From an uncultured Candidatus Saccharibacteria bacterium (lineage in GTDB: Bacteria; Patescibacteriota; Doudnabacteria; UBA920): 60,584 nt of DNA. Below, piece after piece: positions 54,372 through 60,584 of this stretch; the stretch's first letter is position 1; each line of letters starts with the position of its first letter. Where the stretch lies: NCBI GenBank assembly GCA_964402965.1, contig CAYODY010000005.1:1-60584 (forward strand). The letters are read 5' to 3'. The notes below the pieces were generated by a model. That model worked only from the letters and a program-made list of their open reading frames with translations. It ran no database searches and was not told the DNA's origin. Both the position numbers and the translations under genes were made by a program.

Positions 54372-54499
54372 GCCAGGGTTCAAAAAAGCACCCTTTAGAA
54401 TTTAATTTCTTGGGTGCTTTTATTTAATTCGCTCAACTAGATGTGCTTACTATGGAAAAACTTGCCATTGAATCTATTTTATATTTTCAATCCCAGTTC

Positions 54500-55237
54500 T
54501 CAATCTTTTGGATTCTCTTTATCGAATACTCCAATAGAACTGGAACCATTAAGCCAGGATACATACAATTGTTCTCCAGATTTATCTTTAGAACGTCTAT
54601 CTGAAATGTTATGATCACCTTTAGATATTCTAGCTATCAAATTCTCCCCTGCTTCTTGAGATATAGGAAATTTTAAAAAGTAATCACTAGTTCTTTTTAT
54701 ATATTCGTCTTCTATCCCACGTACAATATGAGCTATCTCATATCCTGATAATCCATCATTTTGTATTATTTGGGATAGCGCATCCCCTATATTCTCTACA
54801 GTCATCTCGTAACCAATGGTTTTAAGGTAGTTTGCAGCTCCGTCAACGAAGCCGCTATACTTATTACTACCAAAACTAGACTTTGAAATTTTGTTACTAA
54901 CGTCCATATCCTGAATACTAGAAAGCATGTGCACGGCAATTTGTTGCAGCTCTTCAGGTGTAAAATTTAAAGATTCAGCAATATTTGTTTTTATGCGGGT
55001 CTTATCAATCTTAAATTTTACGTAATCGCCTTGTAGGATTTTTTCCCTCATATCTTGATAAGATTCAACTCTTGTTTCTCTATTTTCTATATTTGCCTCG
55101 GCTGCCTCTTTATAGCGGGTGGTATTCTTCTCATCATCCAATACGGTTTTAGCCATTTCTCGGTCATCTTTGCGGATAGATTTCAAATCATCAGCAAGAT
55201 TATCTCTAAATCCCTCGGTGTTAAATGATTTTTCCAT
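54500..55237 (-). CDS. Orphan hypothetical protein
   Basis: 245-aa ORF with no recognised motif. Confidence 0.5.
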   Translation of the reverse strand: MEKSFNTEGFRDNLADDLKSIRKDDREMAKTVLDDEKNTTRYKEAAEANIENRETRVESYQDMREKILQGDYVKFKIDKTRIKTNIAESLNFTPEELQQIAVHMLSSIQDMDVSNKISKSSFGSNKYSGFVDGAANYLKTIGYEMTVENIGDALSQIIQNDGLSGYEIAHIVRGIEDEYIKRTSDYFLKFPISQEAGENLIARISKGDHNISDRRSKDKSGEQLYVSWLNGSSSIGVFDKENPKD

Positions 55238-55255
55238 TTGATTTATTAGTATTAA

Positions 55256-55277
55256 ATATCTTGCTTAAATAATAGCA
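55256..55277 (-). promoter_or_regulatory. Shared promoter/leader box 1 (TGCTATTAT-TTAAGCAAG)
   Basis: 20 of 22 positions identical to 56638-56659. Extended -10-like on the minus strand. Confidence 0.5.
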
Positions 55278-55449
55278 TAAAATAGGGTTGGCAACTATTT
55301 GTTGCCTGTTATTGGCATACGGGCGCAGAGCGGGTAATTTGCCCAATGAGGGCAAGAGAATGGAAGATACCCATTTTTTAAGACACAGTCTCTGTCACTT
55401 TTAAGTACTTATACCGAGACACCAAATTAAACAGTGTCTAAGCTATTAA

Positions 55450-56610
55450 CTAGTCTTGTACTTCGTCTTTAGAATAATATTTAGAAACTACTTTTTTCAG
55501 CTCTTCATCTATTTCATGAGGGTCTACTTTAAGCAAGTCGTTTTCCATAATATAATGCACTGCGCTTGATATTGGGAGTATTATTCTGTATTTCCCCAAT
55601 TTATCCCATCTTTCATGCCGATCTTTAATAGTAAGAACAGAGTCAGAAACTGGGATTTGTTCGGAATCGGCAACAGTGTGGATTTTACCTTCGCCTAATA
55701 ATTCAGTCAGCTTCTTTTTCAAAGAGCGGACAGTAATCTCTTCTATTTTTGATTCAGCTACAAAACCACCGTAGTCAATAGAAACTACTTCCTTTAATAT
55801 TCCTTGTTCTGCCAATTGTTCTATAAGGTTTTTTATTGACTTACGGACTTCAAAATTTTCTGGTATTTTCTCACCATAACCAACCATCGCCTGTGCCAAT
55901 CTTTTACTACTTGAGTCATCCAAAAAATCCAAAGTCTTCAAATAAAAACCTAGAAGTTGCTCATCGGTACTAGATTCGTCCTCGATATATGCTTCTATTT
56001 GATTTCGTAATTCTATGGCTTCTTTGCTAAACCCTAGGGAACTTATAATCTGGTGTTTTAACAAAGAGCCTTGAGCCGTTTCTAACGGCTTGAAACCGTG
56101 CGCCGTTAATGCCATTTTTGATATATAAACCTCTTGGATTTCTGGATGCGCGTCTATCAATTTCTTTACTAATGATTCAATAGCAGCTAGTTTCTCTTGA
56201 AAAGATTTTTCTCCTTCCAAGGTTTCTGCATATTCTGAACCCATTAATGCAGGGGTCATTATTTCTGCTGATAATTCATCCAAGTTACGCTCACTATCTT
56301 TATTATCCCAGTTTCGAAAATACTTAGCCGTAGTTTCGTCAAATAATACCTCACCTTGTTTTATTTGTTTAATTACGTCTTCTGGTACATTATCCTTAAT
56401 GTATCTCATTACTTCTTTATCTTCTATAGCTTGGGGCACCACCATAGCTTCGGTTCTCCTATCAATGCTGCTAAACTCCTCCATAAGTTTCGGGACCATG
56501 TTACGATACAAATCATTATCCCTATAAGTGATATATACAGGGCTGTTTTTTGTAATTTCCTTTTCCTCTGGACCAGGCTGAGCAATCTCAGGATTGTGCT
56601 TATTCTCCAT
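55450..56610 (-). CDS. Orphan hypothetical protein
   Basis: 386-aa ORF with no recognised motif. Confidence 0.5.
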   Translation of the reverse strand: MENKHNPEIAQPGPEEKEITKNSPVYITYRDNDLYRNMVPKLMEEFSSIDRRTEAMVVPQAIEDKEVMRYIKDNVPEDVIKQIKQGEVLFDETTAKYFRNWDNKDSERNLDELSAEIMTPALMGSEYAETLEGEKSFQEKLAAIESLVKKLIDAHPEIQEVYISKMALTAHGFKPLETAQGSLLKHQIISSLGFSKEAIELRNQIEAYIEDESSTDEQLLGFYLKTLDFLDDSSSKRLAQAMVGYGEKIPENFEVRKSIKNLIEQLAEQGILKEVVSIDYGGFVAESKIEEITVRSLKKKLTELLGEGKIHTVADSEQIPVSDSVLTIKDRHERWDKLGKYRIILPISSAVHYIMENDLLKVDPHEIDEELKKVVSKYYSKDEVQD

Positions 56611-56637
56611 ACATTTAATAAATTAATACTTTATAAA

Positions 56638-56659
56638 ATACCTTGCTTAAATAATACCA
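56638..56659 (-). promoter_or_regulatory. Shared promoter/leader box 2 (TGGTATTAT-TTAAGCAAG)
   Basis: 20 of 22 positions identical to 55256-55277. Confidence 0.5.
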
Positions 56660-56760
56660 CGAAACAGTAATTCCACAGAAGACTGATGGCTGCTTAGAAA
56701 ACCTCAAAAAAAATAGCCCAGTTCCCGAAAGAACTAGACTACTAGTGGTTTGGCAAGATT

Positions 56761-57261
56761 TCACTCTTGCATGAATAAATACTTTCTTAAGTCACGCCTC
56801 GGCTGGTCACCTGAATCGTAAATGCACGAATCAAGGAGCTGGACTCCGTCTCTTTCGAAACAGAATGCCGTCAGAACGTGAGCATTACCGCCGTCGGTCT
56901 TAGGGCAGACCGCATCGATTGCGAAGATGTAATCCCCAGGCGGAACAGTTGGTGCATCCAGCATGAACTGAATCGGAGTATCGGACGGGCATTTTGATAA
57001 GCCCAGCTCAATACCTTTGTTCAGCACTTGGTTATGACTAGCGTTTGCTGGTAGACCGAAGTCTTTGACTGGATCAACAGCAACCAAATTCGCTGTCATG
57101 CCTTGCTTGCTGTCTGGAAAAGCAAAGCCGATCTCGAAGAGAGTGTGAAGGATTTTGTTGTCCTTCTGAAACCGACCCAGCGATTCTCTGACCTTTGCTT
57201 CTGTGGTCAAGTCAACACCGAAAGTCAACGTGCATATAATCGAAAAAGATAAAGTATTCAC
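56761..57261 (-). CDS. Orphan protein, compositionally atypical (GTG start, AGGAGG Shine-Dalgarno)
   Basis: 166-aa ORF. GTG at 57259-57261 with AGGAGG at 57268-57273. Confidence 0.55.
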   Translation of the reverse strand: MNTLSFSIICTLTFGVDLTTEAKVRESLGRFQKDNKILHTLFEIGFAFPDSKQGMTANLVAVDPVKDFGLPANASHNQVLNKGIELGLSKCPSDTPIQFMLDAPTVPPGDYIFAIDAVCPKTDGGNAHVLTAFCFERDGVQLLDSCIYDSGDQPRRDLRKYLFMQE

Positions 57262-57442
57262 TATAATCCTCCTGAGATTAATAACTTCTGTTGCCTGCTG
57301 TAAGTAAAAACTTAGTCTTACAAGTCAGGTGGCTAGTTATTTATTTTGGATATATTATAGCATAATACTAGAATTATGTCAAGTTTAATGAATAAACCCC
57401 ATATTTGGTAATGATTTGTAATCATAGGTTTTCCTACATATG

Positions 57443-57496
57443 CTGACAGCAAAGACGGTATAGGCAGCATTTTTCTGGCAGAGCAAAAACTGGTAA
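57443..57496 (-). repeat. Island junction motif, copy A (composite of the B-like and C-like halves)
   Basis: 57443-57475 matches 60357-60389 at 28 of 33 positions. 57468-57496 matches 54343-54371. Confidence 0.8.
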
Positions 57497-57551
57497 ACTG
57501 GAGACAGGTTAATCTAGCCCAACAACTACTTTAAAATTATATTTACAGCAT

Positions 57552-57785
57552 ATGGCTCATAATACTAGAGAGATCCTCAACACCTATCTTAAGGACGATA
57601 AAGAGTACAAAGCTTACATTAAGCAATTTTTTAATGTAGCTTGGAGTAATCAAGAAACCTCTAAGGGAAAGAAGGCACTGACGAAAGCCGACATAGCAAT
57701 TATCAAAAAGATGAGAGCAACAGTTGATCGCTCTCATAATGCTTGGCTTAAAGCTATCGGTGCACTTCCTAATAAATCAAAGTAA
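57552..57785 (+). CDS. Small basic hypothetical protein
   Basis: 77-aa ORF, 4 nt upstream of the next gene. Confidence 0.45.
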   Translation: MAHNTREILNTYLKDDKEYKAYIKQFFNVAWSNQETSKGKKALTKADIAIIKKMRATVDRSHNAWLKAIGALPNKSK

Positions 57786-57789
57786 AATC

Positions 57790-58386
57790 ATGAAACGAAC
57801 AGTAAAACTCTCTGAGTTAATAAATAATCAGCACAACCATGTTGACTCTGACATTACTCAAGAGAACATTGAGTCAGTGAAAAACTCCTACCCAATTCAT
57901 ATAGACCTGATCCATATCCTCGAAAATGAAGAGTTAGTCGGTGCGGCTAATGAGTTAGGTGATGCATTGGAAACTGATGTACTTGTTTATGAAATTGACG
58001 AAGGCATGGGAGGCGGTGGCGACAATACTGTTTGGATTCAGCTATTGCACCAATGGCCAACCATTATCGCCCTTAGCAATGCGTTTACCATATTACAACA
58101 GATCAACACTCTCCGAAAAGCCCTACCTTCTTTACTTAAATTCTTTAAAGCTGCATCGAATGGGAAAACCCCTCGTCCCCCTATCATCAAGTATGCTGGT
58201 CCAAACAATTCATGGATTGAATTCCGCTTCTTTTATTTCTTTGACGATGAGGAATACACAGACGGAGTTAATGCCATTCCAGAAGCATACAATTCAGCTC
58301 AGTTTGCCAACAACCAAGATGTACTTATGATTTTCGACCCCAAACAGAAAAAATGGTTTATCGAAGGCATTCGACATCATGACTAA
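57790..58386 (+). CDS. Hypothetical protein
   Basis: Start moved to MKRTVKLSEL, immediately after the upstream stop. Confidence 0.45.
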   Translation: MKRTVKLSELINNQHNHVDSDITQENIESVKNSYPIHIDLIHILENEELVGAANELGDALETDVLVYEIDEGMGGGGDNTVWIQLLHQWPTIIALSNAFTILQQINTLRKALPSLLKFFKAASNGKTPRPPIIKYAGPNNSWIEFRFFYFFDDEEYTDGVNAIPEAYNSAQFANNQDVLMIFDPKQKKWFIEGIRHHD

Positions 58387-58411
58387 CGCCTAAACTATTA
58401 AATTTAAACAT

Positions 58412-58939
58412 ATGTTGACTGAGGGTGAAGCAAATTATTTAGCGAGACTTCCAAAAGAAGTACTGGAAAAGCCAGTAGAGATTTTCACATGGGGAGACTA
58501 TGGTGATTATGGTTTAAAAATTGCTGGAATAGTTATGGACGAAATTAGGTTCACTGTTCCTGGTTTAGAAATTATATTTATGGGTTCAATGGCATTAGGT
58601 ATTACAGGGCAGAAAGATATAGACCTATCTATTTTAAGCCCTGCTGAAGACTTCCCTATTCACCGTCCTAAATTAGAAAAGCAGTTTGGCTCTCCTGACA
58701 AAATAGCTAATACTGCAGTTGGTTGGCACTTTATGAGAGATGGCTATGAAGTCGGCATTTACCTAACTGACCCAGTAAAATCACAGGTGCAGATTCAGTT
58801 AGATGTGTTCAATTTACTCAAGAATGATTCGAACCTATTAAACGAATACGAGGAGTTGAAGATCGAAGCTAAAGGCTTGCCATACAGAGAATACCAAATT
58901 CGAAAGTACGATTTCTTCCACAAGATTTTGGCTGACTAG
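58412..58939 (+). CDS. Nucleotidyltransferase-fold protein (GrpB/ANT-like)
   Basis: IIFMGSMALGITGQKDIDLSIL matches the GS...G...DxD pattern. Confidence 0.4.
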   Translation: MLTEGEANYLARLPKEVLEKPVEIFTWGDYGDYGLKIAGIVMDEIRFTVPGLEIIFMGSMALGITGQKDIDLSILSPAEDFPIHRPKLEKQFGSPDKIANTAVGWHFMRDGYEVGIYLTDPVKSQVQIQLDVFNLLKNDSNLLNEYEELKIEAKGLPYREYQIRKYDFFHKILAD

Positions 58940-58983
58940 CCAAATTTGTTATACTCACAATATAGCCATTAAATAAACAGCAT

Positions 58984-59436
58984 ATGGAAACTAATGAAGG
59001 AAAAGGTCAATTATTCAATCATGACGGCGAGCCAGTAACTCAAGAGCAATTTGACCAAGAAAAATATGAGGATAAAATTTACCCTGTAATAGAGTACTTG
59101 GAAGATTTGCAAGAAGCTGATAAAATGGGCGTTGACTTAGCAATGTCAGGAGATGCAATCAACCATGAAACGAAAAAGAAATATACCCCTGAAGAGATGC
59201 GACAAACAGCTTCTGAAACTGATCAAGCTCTTCAAGAACTAAAAGAAGGTAATTCCGAGAAAGCATTAGGAATTTTACAACGTCAGCTAGAAGCTAGGGA
59301 GAAACATGCTGATGAACCATTCTGGAACTATCGTGAAGATGCTAAGCCTACTGATGAAGAAAAGATTGAAGAAGAGAAAAAAAGAGTTCAAGGAGACATT
59401 GAAAAAATCAAAAAATTGATTGAACGGATGCAATAA
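58984..59436 (+). CDS. Acidic coiled-coil-like hypothetical protein
   Basis: 150-aa E/K-rich ORF followed by a terminator at about 59447-59478. Confidence 0.45.
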   Translation: METNEGKGQLFNHDGEPVTQEQFDQEKYEDKIYPVIEYLEDLQEADKMGVDLAMSGDAINHETKKKYTPEEMRQTASETDQALQELKEGNSEKALGILQRQLEAREKHADEPFWNYREDAKPTDEEKIEEEKKRVQGDIEKIKKLIERMQ

Positions 59437-59520
59437 CGCCTTGCACAAAAAAACACCTTACTGATTAGGGTGTTTTTTAATGAGTAAATTTGTTACGAAG
59501 CTATTCTAGCAAAGAACCAT

Positions 59521-59553
59521 AAAAAAATACCCGAACATTTCTGTTCGGGCAAA
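59521..59553 (-). terminator. Intrinsic terminator of 59582-60217
   Basis: cccgaac / gttcggg stem with a T7 run on the minus strand. Confidence 0.65.
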
Positions 59554-59581
59554 TCTTATACTTAAGACCATTTCGGTCGCT

Positions 59582-60217
59582 TTAAATTTTTTCGAGTTCC
59601 AAACTTTCGGAAACTCTGAATTTTCCAACAACCTTATAATCAACGTTGCAGCCTTCGGAAACGGTGATTGTTAAATCTCCGTTTTCTGCCTTCGGCTTGA
59701 TACCACGCTCCAGATCGTTGCCGAAATATTTTACGACCATCGAATCGATATCGATACTCTCGCCCGTTATCGGGCTGAAAAACATGTACGTATCACTACA
59801 TCTGAAAGCGATAGCATACTTGCCACAGTACACATCTGATTCATAGCCAGGAAGTCCTTGGAATCGAACAAGTTTTCCATCGGGAGTATATACATCAACC
59901 CGATTTTTTTCCGAATATCGAAGCATGAAATATCCTTCCTGCGGTTCCTTGTCGTTATAATTGATCACTCGCTCCCATATAATGGGACTGCAGGTATTCG
60001 ACTCAGGTTTTCCCTTTTCAAGTGTTATGGGAAGCATTGTTTGCTTGTCGATGACAACTTGTCCTGACAGGCCAGCCCCATAAGTAAAGCTCTTAAAGAA
60101 AGAGCCAAAGAACACGCAACCTAGGTCAACGATGGTAAGGTCTTTGTTGGTTAAAACAAAAGACAACGACTCGGCAATACTAATTGCCCCGATTTTCGTT
60201 TGCGCAGCTTTTTTCAC
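59582..60217 (-). CDS. Orphan protein (GTG start, AAGGAG Shine-Dalgarno)
   Basis: 211-aa ORF. GTG at 60215-60217 with AAGGAG at 60226-60231. Confidence 0.55.
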   Translation of the reverse strand: MKKAAQTKIGAISIAESLSFVLTNKDLTIVDLGCVFFGSFFKSFTYGAGLSGQVVIDKQTMLPITLEKGKPESNTCSPIIWERVINYNDKEPQEGYFMLRYSEKNRVDVYTPDGKLVRFQGLPGYESDVYCGKYAIAFRCSDTYMFFSPITGESIDIDSMVVKYFGNDLERGIKPKAENGDLTITVSEGCNVDYKVVGKFRVSESLELEKI

Positions 60218-60356
60218 GATTTTTTCTCCTTATACTTTGAATTTAACCTATGATAATGGCACTAGATTAATTGCACACATTATAGAATAAAACTGATATT
60301 TTGTCAACATTGTAAAACCAGCTAATCTTTAGGGCTTTATATTAGGGTGGGGTACT

Positions 60357-60389
60357 CTGACAGCAATGACACCATAGACAGCATTTTTC
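60357..60389 (-). repeat. Island junction motif, copy B
   Basis: The minus strand reads gaaaaATGctgtctatggtgtcattgctgtcag, a mini-ORF MLSMVSLLSEYPTLI*. Confidence 0.75.
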
Positions 60390-60532
60390 CCAAACTAGAA
60401 ACATACTTAGGCAGAAACCAACAGCCCCTCTTTCTCCAACATCTTGTAGCAAGTATCAAAGTTAGCTACCTGTATTGGTTTGAGGATATGTACTAGATTC
60501 TTAACATACTCGAGCATTGGGGTCTTCAGCCC

Positions 60533-60578
60533 ACCAAAGAGCAGTAATGTCACGAAAGTGATGTTACTGCTCTTTGGT
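60533..60578 (+). other. 21-bp hairpin with a GAAA tetraloop at the window edge
   Basis: accaaagagcagtaatgtcac-gaaa-gtgatgttactgctctttggt, with two G-U pairs. Confidence 0.75.
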
Positions 60579-60584
60579 TTGTTA

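Larger units (their letters stand above)
41677..60584. mobile_element. Integrated element abutting the 3' end of tRNA-Lys (right boundary not identified)
   Basis: A recombinase lies at the tRNA junction, with a replication, regulation and anti-restriction-like module. The cargo consists of orphan genes with heterogeneous composition and initiation signals. Confidence 0.6.

Noticed and set aside
57330-57470. 47-codon minus-strand ORF starting at the copy A motif ATG
   Set aside because: It runs through the predicted TGCTATAAT promoter (57345-57353) of the 56761-57261 gene. It has no counterpart at copies B or D, where stops occur after 15 and 7 codons. Only the first ~10 codons are conserved, so it is treated as part of the motif and not as a gene.

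Overview
The window is 60.6 kb from a low-GC bacterial genome with short genes. Its content suggests a Patescibacteria/CPR-type organism, which is an inference from gene content only. Positions 1-41.6 kb are core housekeeping: tRNA-Pro and tRNA-Gly, HU, a lamin-tail-domain surface protein, TspO, NusB, L32, GroES/GroEL with a CIRCE operator, Fpg, an RSH (Rel) enzyme, Ndk, cyclophilin, ComEC, HisRS, two ABC exporters, FtsA/FtsZ, S21, HIT, a degenerate HisRS paralogue, LepB, LCP, Der, Pth, an ORF6N protein, DprA, CapA and TopA. From tRNA-Lys(UUU) at 41601-41676 to the window end lies an integrated mobile element of at least 19 kb, whose right end was not found. It carries a large serine recombinase whose ORF runs antisense through the tRNA, and a P-loop replication protein. 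It also has a winged-helix protein next to five phased TGTGA iterons, an XRE-controlled envelope operon, methyltransferases and many orphan genes. I found no rRNA, CRISPR array, reverse transcriptase, transposase or phage structural genes. The most unusual signals are non-genic. (1) A 59-60 nt conserved module sits in the apical loop of three otherwise unrelated terminator-like hairpins, with a compensatory double substitution between copies. A related insert splits the T-loop of a duplicated tRNA-Gly 3' half. (2) A 71-nt tRNA-like element with an encoded CCA lies just downstream of rel, and a 15-nt inverted repeat competes with its fold. (3) About a dozen genes have a (TGn)TAnnnT -10 box exactly 6 nt before the ATG, implying leaderless mRNAs, whereas several accessory genes checked use strong Shine-Dalgarno sites. 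(4) Perfect 21-23 nt palindromes are repeated inside the ORF6N coding sequence. (5) A roughly 30-nt junction or mini-ORF motif recurs five times inside the mobile element. All functional assignments come from motif reading of the supplied translations; no database search was run.
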